From assembly GCA_965113315.1 (NCBI GenBank), contig OZ220363.1: a DNA stretch of 64,000 nt. One strand, given 5' to 3'. The stretch is from Podarcis vaucheri (lineage: Eukaryota). The notes under the pieces were generated by a model, which saw only the letters and a list, made by a program, of their open reading frames with translations, was not told the DNA's origin and did not search any database. The translations under genes and the position numbers were made by a program. Shown here piece after piece: positions 30,001 to 42,977 of this stretch; the first letter of the stretch is position 1; each line of letters opens with the position of its first letter.

Positions 30001-33000
30001 TTTTTGCTGGTGCCTACTCTTGTGATTTGCTGTCCCCTGCAGGAGGCAGGGAGAGCTGAGCCAACAGAGTTGACAGGCTGCGGGAATCAAGAGAAGCATT
30101 GGCTGACTTCAAATTCCCCCCCCCCCATGTTTATTTTTGCAAAGCATGTGTGCGCACAGCATGATTTGCAATATATTGCCAGGTCAAAAATTATGAAACT
30201 GATATCATAATAACAAATTCAAGGCAGTTTTTGAAGAATATATCACCCAGCCCCACTCTGCATTTACCTTTTAATTAAATTTGTGCCTGGAACAGTTTCA
30301 TCTTAAGGCATACTGAATACTGCTAAATAAGTCACCATGGCTGGTTTTACTTGTGCAGCCAGTTTCTTGGCTGCAAATACTTACAGTGGAAATGTGTCGC
30401 TGCGTCTCCCGAACACGTCTCATTTCAGGGGTATCCAGGACAAAGGCCGCTTTACCTTGTACTTGTTTCCGGAAACTATCAGAGTAGAGGACCTAACAAA
30501 ATGAGTAGATGTGAATAAACGTGCCCCAGCCAGTGAGAGAGCAGATTTTAAGAGAGGTTTTATGTAGACGTAAGAAATGAGGCATGAATGAAGAAGTGCT
30601 GAAGGCAGATGCAAACATGATGTGATCACTATTGACGGGCTCATCACAAGATTATGGCACAGATTTTTTTTTACTAACTATGAATTCTGTGCCTTTAGAA
30701 GGTTATGGCTAATGTAAGAGCATTGTTGATTTACATCGTTTCCAAACCCACCCCAAGAACTGTAGGCGAAGCATAACACTCAAAAGAATAGCATTAAAAT
30801 AACAGAATACAGAAAGCTGCCTTAAATCAGGTTGCATTCTTTGTCTCTCCAGCCTAGTTTTGCCTGCTCTGACTCAAGGGTCTCGAGCAAAGGAAGTCTT
30901 TCACAGCACCTGCTATCTCCTTTTAAACAAAGGATGCCAGCTCTTACACCTGGGACCTTCTGCATTTGAAGCATGTACTCTTAGCCTACCACTGACCCAG
31001 AGTCCTTCCTAAAATAAAATGTTAACTAAGTGAGCAATACTCTGTTACTCGAAAGCAACCCCAGTTTAATGATGCAAGCCTTCATTCCATGGTGTTCTTA
31101 TTTTATAGCACTTCTAGAAAATGCTCAGGCTGAAGACTTCCACAGTCCCATGGCAGCCATCAAGAGACCACCTCTCCTTGCCCTTATTGTGGCAACTCAA
31201 AGCACAGATGATATGCTCTCATTAAGGAATATAAGAAAAGTGGGTCTCGGGCTGTTTCCAGCACCTTGAATTGTGTCTAGAAAGAAACAAAGGGACACAA
31301 CGGACCATAAAGCACAAGAATGGGTTCTAGGTGTCCTACTCCCATCAAGCATCTCTTCTTCCACTGCATTGATTACCAGCAGAAGTTGTTAAAAAGTAAC
31401 CAAGGACAGCCCAGTGTGGAGTGTGTGGTAGCAATCCAATCAAAAGTTGCATAGACAACAATGACTCTTGGAACGTTACAGCAAAATTTCACCAGAAATG
31501 TATGGAGGTGGCCTCCCCAGCAAATGAGTGGGTAGTGATGTCAAGAGTCCATCCTTTCCACGCACCCTACCTTTTGCTTGGTCATAGCAACAGTTGCTGA
31601 TATAGAAAAACATATATAATCTGGTTAGAAATAGTGGTCAGTTCGTCCATTCTTCAGAGCCCTCCTGGCTTTCCAAACAGATTCATTCTCTGTATTCAAA
31701 ATGCAACTCCCCAACTATTCCCCAAACAAACCACCTGATTTTTTCCCCCCTGTCTTGAGACACAGCAGTAGATCATATGAATTAAAATGTTATCAACTCT
31801 GCTATTTCCCAGGCTGGATCTATACTGATCTTCTAAACGTAAAATAAAACATTCTATAGCATTTAATGGCAGCTTTTCTTTGCCGGTGGCTCGCTGCTTT
31901 GTAGCACCCTCTGGTGTCACATTTTAGTAACACATTTTAAGCAAGTGTAGATCTGTCCCCAGTTGTCCCTCCTACATATATAGGCTCTTGACCAGGAGAT
32001 GGTTGGCCAGAGGGACTGAACGGCCCTAAATGGACCCTGGGAGATGGAAGAAAAGCAATGGTTAGTGCTGCTGTCTCCAGCAGCTTTATTTCCCATAGAA
32101 CTTAAACATCAATTAACTTAAATAGAATGTACTAATACCCACCCCGCCCCAATAAGATTCTGCCACCCTATGCTGATTTTCTCTATAACCATTTATTTGG
32201 CTAGATCCTGCAAAACCAGCCTGCAAGTGTTGCCATCAATTAAGTACTAATGGACACACAGTAATAAAGGTCCTTCAGCCTTCAGTGCAAACTTTTGGAT
32301 GAGAACAGGGACAAGAAAGCAAGCTATAATTTTGACCACCTCTTGGTCATGCCAATTGTGTCAGCTCTGATGCTGTCCTTGTTGAACTGGCTCAACAACT
32401 GGCTCTCTCTTTGTAAATCTTGCTGTGAAAACATTTAAGATTGAAGTAGGCTTCTCAGATCAGTTAAGTACAAAAGGGGAGACTTGTATGCAATATGCAA
32501 ACAGAGCTCCCCCTTTGAATTCATTTGGTACCTGCCTCTGGGTTTTGTATGCTGAATACATTTCTGAAACGAGCTGGTGCACAGAATACTGAGCACTTGC
32601 CAATTTAATTAAGCTGCTCTCTAGGCCTGGGAACAAAGCATTTGCTACGCCCCTTCCCCTGAGCTAGGGACACCATCTTGGACCTTTGTATTTATGTAGA
32701 CTATCGGCTGTTTTAAAGAAAGATTTAAAAAACACAGAACAAACACAATTTCATTTGGTTAAAAACATCAGTAAACACATGATGTTACAAAATGTTTAGA
32801 AACCATTCAACTGTTATTTGAGGTCAGTGGTTGCTTAGAAATCCTTAAACTATATTTCAATGTAAATTCTACATAACTAGGAATAAGAAACAATTAGAAA
32901 CATTTTAGGTGACATTTTTAGTATTTTAAATGTCAAAATAAAGTTATAATATTAATAAAGTTAATAGTTGCGTAAAGTGTTTAAATTGAGTAGGGAAAGT

Positions 33001-36000
33001 ATTATACTTTTTAAGGTGTTAAAAAGAAGTTATATATTTTCTAGATCATTGAGGGGTTATTTTCCTCCTGAAAAATACCGAGCTAATGTTTTCTTGATTG
33101 CGTTTAGCTCTCTCCATCTCTGGAGTGATAGATGTCGGGGTTCCTTTTCCCATGCTTTCTTTGTACAACACCTACAGCATACAAGAAAGTGTCCAGAAAT
33201 CAAAGAATTAGATTATTGTTGAAGAACCATTGTGTTAAGTTGTGTTACTGTTTAATCATCATCACTGCATAGGTGGGTAAAGAATTCAAGAAACAAAGTG
33301 GTTAAAAAGTTATTGGATAAAGCAAAAAACAAGAAGGGGGGAAGGAAAAAGAAAAAGTATTTAAAAAAATTAAAAGGAGTGTTTTCTTTAGGAATATGAA
33401 AATGGATAAGATTCAGATAAAATAGATGCAGGACAAGGTTATATCTGATGATGTTACTTTTTTTAAAAAAAAAGTATTTTTAAAAAATTCAATACCAAGC
33501 TAACGTTTTCTTGATTGCGTTTGACTCTTTCCATCTCTGGAGTGATAGGTGCTGGGGTTGCTTGCCCCAAATTTTCTTTATACAAAACCTAAAGATTGTA
33601 AAAAGTATCCAAAAATCACAAAAATATAATGTGAATAAGACTATTGTTTGAAGGAAAAGTATAATAACTGGGGCGGCACTTCAAATGTAGGCATTTTGCA
33701 AAAACAATTTAAAAATTTAATAAAAAATTATAAAGACACCAGTGTAAAAAGTCACATAATAGAAACTGATCTGTCCTGGTACAAGTGAAAGGCAAAATCC
33801 AAGGAGAAGAATGTACAACAGTGAATTAAGCAGGTAAAATAATTAAAAGAGGAATGTATTATTTTGAGATCAGGATTCTATCCAGTAGGCAACATCCATC
33901 ACTGTGTAATAGCTGTGCCCAGGGAAGTCATCACATATAAACTCATGGTCCAGTTTCTTGTCCTAGTTTTAACTACCGAATCACAAAGTATCTTGTGTCT
34001 CTCATTAGCTACATGAAGCTTTTTTTGTTCAGTGTGCTGTTGGAAGACCACTTGGGCAGCATGTTTTTCATGCTGGTGTTGGTTGTTCTGTTACTGAAGG
34101 GTGTTCCTGACTTTTGAGTCCTAAAACTCATGAATGCTGAGGCCTATGAATGCTGAATTCTATGGAGATTTATATTGATAGGGTGGGGAAACTATTTTAA
34201 AGGCCTTTTTCTGAAATCCCATTATCAACAATGTACCAATTTGGAAAGTAACAGCATCAATCATGTTGTTGTCTGTTCCTGCCTACATGCGATTTCCTAT
34301 GACATCTTGTGAAACCACCAGTTCATAAGTGTATGGGATGTTCAATCAAAATAATTTAGTGATTGTAGTATTATTTTTCTCATTATTACAAATTCGTTTA
34401 TCAAGAAATTTGTTATGTGGACCAGAAATCATATGGTCTAACAGTGTCTGGATAGAGTCCTATAGTCACCACTGCAAGGTTATAAGAAAAACCCTCTATG
34501 GTCAGATTATTAAATACCAAATATCAGATTTACGGTATTTTATGAGTAAAATGTAAGTAGTTTAAATAAACTTAAGGAAGAAAGTATAGTTTTAGATACT
34601 AGAGGGGAAACAATTCCCACAGCTTGTTAGGATGTTATTTAAAATATGTATATTTGTTTTTAAAATGTACCGAGCTAATGAACTCTTGATTGCGCTTGGC
34701 TCTTTCCATCTCAGGAGTGACAGGTGTCTGAGTCCCTTTCCCCAATCCCTCTTTGTACAAAACCTACAGGATACAAAAGAGTATCCAGAAATCATATCAC
34801 GGCAGATTGCAAACAAACATTATTGGCTTGTAATGTTAATAATTGGATCATGCCAGCTTTCCAGGAAAGCTGGCTGGCTGTTGATTTCCGTGTCACCTAG
34901 AAGAGACACCAATCAATCAACACCCATAAAGGGAAAGAATCTAGTAGGATGAGAAAGTTGGAAAGGTATAAATACAAACCAAACGTGAAATTAAGCCAAC
35001 TCCTAGTACTTATGTGTTAAAGCTTAGGTTGCAAAGAGAGTTCAGAAGATAGGGTGATTATGCCAAGAGGTGAGACTGGGTGCTATATTTGATTAGGAAG
35101 CATGGATCTTTATAACACATCTAATGTTATGGTAAACCATTCGGATCTTTTTTCTTCTTTTGAATACCGAGCTAATGTGTTGTTGATTGCGCTTGACTCT
35201 CTCCATCTCAGGAGTGACAGGCGTTGGTGTACCTTTCCCCAGTTCCTCTTTGTACAAAACCTACGGGATACAAAAGAGTATCCAGAAATCATAAGGTGCC
35301 AGTGATGGCATATCAAGATTAATAGTTTGTAAATGTTAACACTGGGGTCACACCGGCTTCCAGTAAAGCTAGCCATTGATTTTAGTGTCATCTGAAAGAG
35401 AGGACCCATGTAAGAAAACAATCTAGTAGGATGAGGAAGTTGGAAAGGTAGAAAATAAAGACGGAAATCCTATGTTTGCTGAAAAATAAAAAGGAGTAAG
35501 TCCTAGTAGTAGTGAGTTAAAACTTAGGTCACAGAGGGAGTTTGAAGGGGAGAATTCTTATGCTAAGTGGTAAATAGGAACTTTTGTTTTGTTAGAAAGC
35601 ATAGATCATTAACACATTGGATGTTATTTTTTAGAATCCAGGTCTTTGTGGGGTATTTTGCTTGTCTTTTGAATACCGAGCTAATGTGTTCTTGATTGCG
35701 TTTGACTCTCTCCATCTCAGGAGTGACAGGGGTCGGAGTTGCTTTCCCTACGTTTTCTTTGTACAACACCTGTGAGACAGAAGAGCAGCCGAGTAAACTA
35801 GCAATAAATGAATTGCCATGTTTTTGTTATTGAAGCATGAGGGGTAGAGTTCTGATTTGGTTGTGATTTATTCTGCAGGGTGTTTTGGGTTACAGTTTTA
35901 AAACAATGCATATAAGCACTTATTTTTGTCTGGGGAAAACAAGGACAAAGTATTGTCTTAATACATGGTCATGCTTTTGAATAATGGGCATTTTTTGCAT

Positions 36001-39000
36001 CCAAGTATAATATGCATAGAATGCCAAACAACTGGTGTGGGAAAGACAACAGATTGTTATGTTTTGGGAGGAATGTGAGTATAAGACCTAGAAAGGAAGA
36101 GAAGGGTTAAAAAGTCTCAGGATGTGACATTCTCCCACAGTGGAAAATAAAAGACAGGGAGGAGGTTTCACAATAGGGGTATATAACTCCATCTGCAGGA
36201 AGAAGCTGGGATGGAGAGCAGGGGTGAGTTAATCATATTACAAAACAGATTTTAAAATAACTGTTTTCCCAGAAGTACCGAGCTAATGATTTCTTGGTTG
36301 TGTTTGACTCTCTCAATCTCTGGCGTGACAGGAGTTGAGATTCCTGCCCCTAGGCTTTCTTTGTATAGCACCTGCATGATGACAAAGGGGAATACAGAAA
36401 TAAGAAAAATAAGGAAGGAAAACAACAGTTAATTTTGATCTGCAAAAAAGGGGGGAGGAATATGGTCTTAGATCTCCTGGGTATGAGCCTGTAGGTGAAT
36501 GTCCCATTTCCACAATCAATTTCCTGTGGTTTCATGCTTCCCCCCATCCTGTTACGTATCAAACATGGGTGCATTCATGTAATTCCCAATGTGTATGAAT
36601 CTAGCCAAATGGACGTACTTTTAAGTCCCATTGATTTTAGTAGGAGGGATTCAGTGAGTTTAATGCTACTATTGACGGCGGTGGGACTTAGAAATGCTTA
36701 ATTGGTGGATTGTACCCAAGGAACTCATTAGGATACCAAGGTGGAGGGTTTTGGTTGTTGGGCTGAGGATGAATAACCATAAAGCTTTGATTTACACTGG
36801 GAGTTTTGTAACGTTACTTCTTGCAGATCTCCACTTTCTATATTGTGTGTGCCACATCACAGTGGGGCAGGCTAGGGATTCATAATAGGATGTGTCTGGC
36901 CATTTCTTACAGAGAGCCATGTTGGTGAGATCAGCCGGTGGTTCTGGATAAGGTTTCTCTTCACCTTGGCAAAATAATGCAAGGGAAGGCATCGGAGAAG
37001 CAAAGAAACCACTGAGAAAGATATCACAATGTATGGATTTCCCAGGCAGAAATATAGTGTAACAGCAAGCTTAGAAGACCGATTCAACGGTGAATATTTG
37101 AGTATAAATATTATTTCATAAGATGCAAATGCTTCCATTGCCTTATTCCAGAAGGAATGCAACAATGGTAGCTGCAGAATGATTTTTCTAGTGCATTTTT
37201 GGCTGAAAATGTGTCGCACTACTTGTTCAACCCAGCTGGAGAAAGACCATATACTTTTTACAATAGCACACAGAAACAAACAGTGACTTAGAAAAAATCA
37301 AAATCAAGAAGGTCAAAACAGAGAAAGAGATAGGGCTGGGACAGTGAGAAGAGCAGTTAATAATATCCAAAATTATTGATTCCTTTTTTAAAAAGTGCGC
37401 CAAAAAAGAAGGCAGGGGGGAAATGACAATCAGTATACACCAAACATGGAGCCCTACACTGAAGTTCAATTCCCATTAGCCCTAGCCAGCACAGCCTAGA
37501 GTCAGGAATGATGGGAATTGAAGACCAAACAGTGGCTGGAGGGCACACTGGAGATGATAAATGGATTTTTTTCCCTGGAAGTCAATTGCATTAATGGAAA
37601 TAGAACAAACCTGGAACAAATATTTAAAAGTTAATTTTTAAAGGGTTGAAATGGAACTTTCATATTTGAACTACCAAGCTGTAGTTTTCTTTAATGCATG
37701 CAACTCTCTTGTTTCCGAAGTGAGGTGAGTTGGTTTTCCTGTTCTCAATTCTTCTAGCACTGGGCAGACGGATCCTGCTGGGAGGTTAAGGTGCAGATGT
37801 ATTGCACCCATTCATTGCACTCCCCATGTCTGAGGTCCATCCCTATGCCCTTGGGATGCTTGAAAAATCAGATATTGGTGAATTCTGATACAGTATAACA
37901 TGAGTCACACCTCCCAGACTCACATGCAGATTAAGAAATCTTTCATATTTCACACTTTTTCTAATTCTGCTAAACGGTTCTCAACATATTTTTAAAAAAA
38001 TATGTATTTTGGGACTGAATATGTTTAGAAATGTGTACGTTGTGAAAAAATACATTTTTGTTAATTAGAATTTTCTTGCAGGATTAAAAAATATTAATGT
38101 GGAATTGGGAGAGGATCAATATTATTTAAATCTGGTTGGAATGCATAGAGCAAAAATTGGCCTTGTTCAGCTGGGAGCAAATTCAGCACCATTCATGGAC
38201 TCAAAAAGAAATACTATCATTGAAATCATATCAAGATAGCTATGTTATGGAGGGGTTAAGGTTCAAGATGGTTAATTATATTTGGGGATGAAGTTAAAGC
38301 TCATTTTAGCGACAAAAATACCGAGCTAAAGTTTTCTTGATTGCGCTTGATTCTTTCCATCTCTGGAGTAATAGGTGTTGGAGTTCCACTCCCTAAATTC
38401 TCTTTGTACAACACCTGTGTGACAAAGAAGTGTCAAAAACAAAAAAATTATCTCAAGATACACCATCAGCAAAGATAGCACAATCTAATTTTCTGTTTTG
38501 CCTTATGGTGTTTAAAACACAGTCCAGAAAAAAATCAAAAAATAAAAATCACAAAGAGAAAGAAATGCTATATATTTTGACTTCCTGTCATGAAGAAAGT
38601 TGCAATCTGTGACCAAGTTTATTCAAATGCAGTAATATTTTCCCACCTAGAATGACAAAAACTCAGGCTATAAAAAGGGGAGGAAATTGTCAGAGGGTAC
38701 TAAAATCAAGTTTAATTATGTAAAACATGAAAGGTTAATCTTATTTGGGAATGATGTTATAGGGCATTTTTGTAACAAAAATACCAAGCTAAAGTTTTCT
38801 TGATTGCGTTTGACTCTCTCCATCTCTGGAGTAATAGGTGTTGGGGTTCCACTCCCTAAATGCTCTTTGTACAACACCTGTGGGACAAAGAAGTGTCAAA
38901 AACAAAAATGAAAATTAAGGGGCACATCTTAAGATACACCATCAGCAAAGAGAATGCAATCCAGTTTTCTGGTTTGCTCTATGAAGTTTAAAAAACAGAT

Positions 39001-41657
39001 CACAAAAAAATAAAAAGTGCATACAGAGAAAAATACCGCATATTATAACTTAAAACACCTATCATGGATTAAATTACAATTTGTGACTGAGTTTAGACAG
39101 CTGCATTGTTATTTTCACACCCTAAAACTACCCGTTTTGTTCTGAAAGACTACAATAGCATAAATAACATTTTATTATTCTATTTTTAAGAGAGGGGTTA
39201 CGGTTTTATTCTAAGTTTGCACTGCACCAACACAAATGCCAAAGGCTATTAGAAAATGTTTCCTGTTATAAGGATATATTGAATCCACTCTGAATATCAT
39301 TTGTTTTGAAACAAATAATATTGCCACTTGAGGGGAAGTGAATAGGGTAAGAAAAATAAACAGAGCTAAAGAAAACCCACTGCAGACGTATGTCACAGTT
39401 AGTGCTTTAATTTTTTCCTTCAGAGACTGACATTTTAGTGATTTTATTAAAATGAGAAGGATTCAAAAGCTTGTGGAAGGATTAAAATATATTTATCAGA
39501 GTGTGGCAATGGTTAAAGGGATTTATCTATAGATATTTTGTGATATACCGAGCTAACGTTCTCCTGATTACGCTTTACTCTCTCCATTTCTGGGGTAACA
39601 GGAGTTGCCGTTCCTGTCCCCAAGTTTTCTTTGTAGGACACCTGTGAGGTACAATAAAGTATCCACAAAAGACACTCAAAAATACTGGCTAGTACTTTGT
39701 AGTTAACGGCGCATGTTTAAATCCCATGCTTAGTCGAGTATCGAAAAGGAAAGATGTGAATAAGGGGAGAGTAGTCATTAAAATGTGAATGGAAAAGAAA
39801 AAGTCAGAAGAAGTACATTAAGAGAAGTGAATGTGTGCAAAGGGAGCACATGGTTAATCTTATTGAAGATCATAGGTATTATTGTCATTGTTTTATTTAT
39901 TTCTTTTAAAAAACTGCATAAAACTGTAAATTGATGTTAATGCACATCAGAATGAATGAGTCATGAAAATGGCATGTAGAAGATGATAGTTAGAATGTTG
40001 TTATTATTTTTTAATGAAAAAGATGAGTTATGGTAGGTTTGATTTCATGGAGAAATACCGAGCTAATGTGTTCTTGATTGCGTTTGACTCTCTCTATCTC
40101 TGGAGTAAGTGGAATCGGGGTTCCTTGCCCTGCATTCTCCTTGTACAAAACCTGCAGAATACAAACAGCCACAAAGGTAAGAAAAAGGTAGCTGAAAACC
40201 TTTCTGCAATGCAGAATGTTAATTAACACACTGACTTTGCATATAATTATTTGGACATTGCCCATTGGGAGTATAAAACTGCCCGAATACAGGTGTCTCC
40301 ACAAAATGCCATCCCTGTTCACATGTTTCCACTTCTAGATGCCTCTGGGGAAAAAGTGCCAATCACCTGGAATTACAGGTATCTCTTTTTTGTGGTGTAG
40401 TTCTTTTTAAAAGTTTGGGGCTATTGCTGCTGGAGAGACGTAAGCATTTCGAAACCTCCTTGATAAAACTTGTTATATTGGTATTGAATAGCCAATGAGA
40501 AATCAGTTTTTGTTCTTACACCATTACCCTTGTCATGAGTTTTGCTTTGAGGCCAAATCTAAGAACAAAATCTGAGGACTGAGAGATTTAAGCCCTGTTT
40601 TGGTTTTATTTAAAAAAGAAAAAAGAAAAGAGATAGACTGAGAGAGAAAGAACAAAACTGAAGTCCTTGGCAGTTTTTTTAAAAAAAATGTCCTGCATTT
40701 CACTCCTTTTAAAAAGTGCCCTCTTCCCCAAATGGAAAAAACAAAACAAAACAGTTAAGTCAAAAAGGCATTCAGTCAGTTCAAAATGTCGAAAGCAAGA
40801 GAGGTAAATTTGTAGTTAGAAAAGGGTAACTAGTTTGCCTTCCTGTAACTTGATTATGCAGAAATGAATTTTGAAAACAATTAGTATGGTGAAGAGCTCA
40901 GGGTAAAAGGGAAGGCAGAGCGGGAAAGAGAGGAGAAAGAACCAGCTGGAACCAGTTCCTTGATAAATGTCACTACATCTTCTCCTACTGAAACACTCAA
41001 GAATACCCATCACTTAAGTGGCCAAATGATGCTAGACAGAATTCCCATGTTCTAATAAATGAAATCCTACCCATTCAGAGGATGGCCCATTAAGATTTGA
41101 ATAAAGCAGGAGGCCCACTTAAGTGGGCAAGAATAAATTGTTTGGATTTTCAGACCCAAGACTCAAGAAGCAACAGGTGCTCAGACTTCAAGAAGCAGAT
41201 ATCCCATCTGACACATAATTAAGCCCATTCACAACAATGGTCTTAAGTACACTTTGTGTTCGCTTGTGGCTAGTGTGTCTCTGAACATGTACAAAGTGCC
41301 TTTCACCACAGCCAGGTTCCACATGTCGCTGAGCACTCCCCTGACCAGTAGGTAGGTGGGTATAAAAGTAAAGGGGACCCCTGACCATTAGGTCCAGTCG
41401 TGACCGACTCTGGGGTTGCGGCGCTCATCTCGCTTTATTGGCCGAGGGAGCCAGCGTACAGCTTCCGGGTCATGTGGCCAGCATGACTAAGCCACTTCTG
41501 GTGAACCAGTGCAGCGCACGAAAACACCGTTTACCTTTCCGCCGGAGCGGTACCTATTTATCTACTTGCACTGTGACATGCTTTCGAACTGCTAGGTTGG
41601 CAGGAGGTAGGTGGGTATAGCAGGGGTCATAATTTTGTCAGTTACTACTGCTATTAT

Positions 41658-41692
<35 letters not shown>

Positions 41693-42928
41693 TTTTATCC
41701 TCTTGGTCCATTTCTGTCTGCTCAGCATTAAATGGGTCTATATTCTCCTCTCAAGGTGCACAGAGAGTAAATCTTAAAGCTAATGGATGTTAAAGCCCGA
41801 GTAATACTAGAGGAATGCCATACTAAGGATGAAGTTGATGATAGCATGTTAGCAGGGGCAATAGATGTCTGTTTAGTAAGGTGAACAGCACACTGTTACT
41901 GCCCAGTGCACACACAAATCAGCATAGAAAATATCAGCCACTACCGAGCTGATGTGCTTCTGTGTCTCCTTGACACGTTTTACTTCAGGAAGATCAGAAA
42001 TGGGAGTTCCTTTTCCAATTTGATCCTTGTACTTAATCTACAAAGTGGTATTCAGTTCAGAAAACAAGACAAAACAATAATGACTTACATTATGTACATG
42101 AAACAGATATCCATTTCACATAAAAAGAACAAGAGTAAACGAATATAATCACAATTGTAGGAGCTGAAAGCATTGCATGCACCCATGTCGAAACAGACAT
42201 CTGTGGAAAACGAGTTTTTGCAAAGATTTAAAATTCGATGTATAAAACCCAATCTCCAATTTGATAGAGGAGGAAGAGCCATGGATGGACACCTTGACTC
42301 AACAATCTTACCAATGTAGTAGAAACAGGAGGATGAAAGCTTCCCACCAGGTTCCTTGCTTTAAAAGCTATTTTAATCGTCAGTAAACAAGTATGAGATT
42401 ACTGTATTTTGCAGCTCAAGTGCAACCTGGCCGAAAAAAATAGATTTTTGATCATGGCATCCATTACAGAGCTTCTCCTTTTTAAGCCCCTGGCCCTGTT
42501 GTACGACTACCTTGTGTTGACAATGCCAGGCAAATCTTCAGAGAGTAGCCTGGAGTGGCCATGCATCTCCTCAGCTGCATCCCAATGGGACACTGTTGTT
42601 GGGATGCTGTTCTGAGACCTTCCCACGGCCATTGTCAATACTGGGCCCCTTGCAATTGTGCTGGCTGCTGATATCAATCAAATTTTCAGTCCAGTTTAGG
42701 AGAGTGTGCCTAAATTGTTTCAACTCTAGTAACTTTCTTTGGATTCATTCCCACTAGATTCCGGAACCTAGACTTGTGGCCATAGGTTTTGTATGCCGTG
42801 GGGTTTTTCCCTCACACAGGAAATAGGTAATGTGCACTGAAACACACGGCACTGGCCAACGCAGAAGCATGTGAATGAGCCTCTGCAAACTGGAACCTCT
42901 GCCTATTCAGAGGAGACACTGGGCTAGG

Positions 42929-42977
<49 letters not shown>

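Noticed and set aside
33079-40151. Regularly recurring ~93-bp near-identical repeats separated by unique spacers (CRISPR-like or satellite-like appearance)
   Set aside because: Each repeat is bounded by AG/GT on the minus strand and encodes a nebulin module; the spacers are 0.3-2 kb introns; no cas genes and the DNA is eukaryotic
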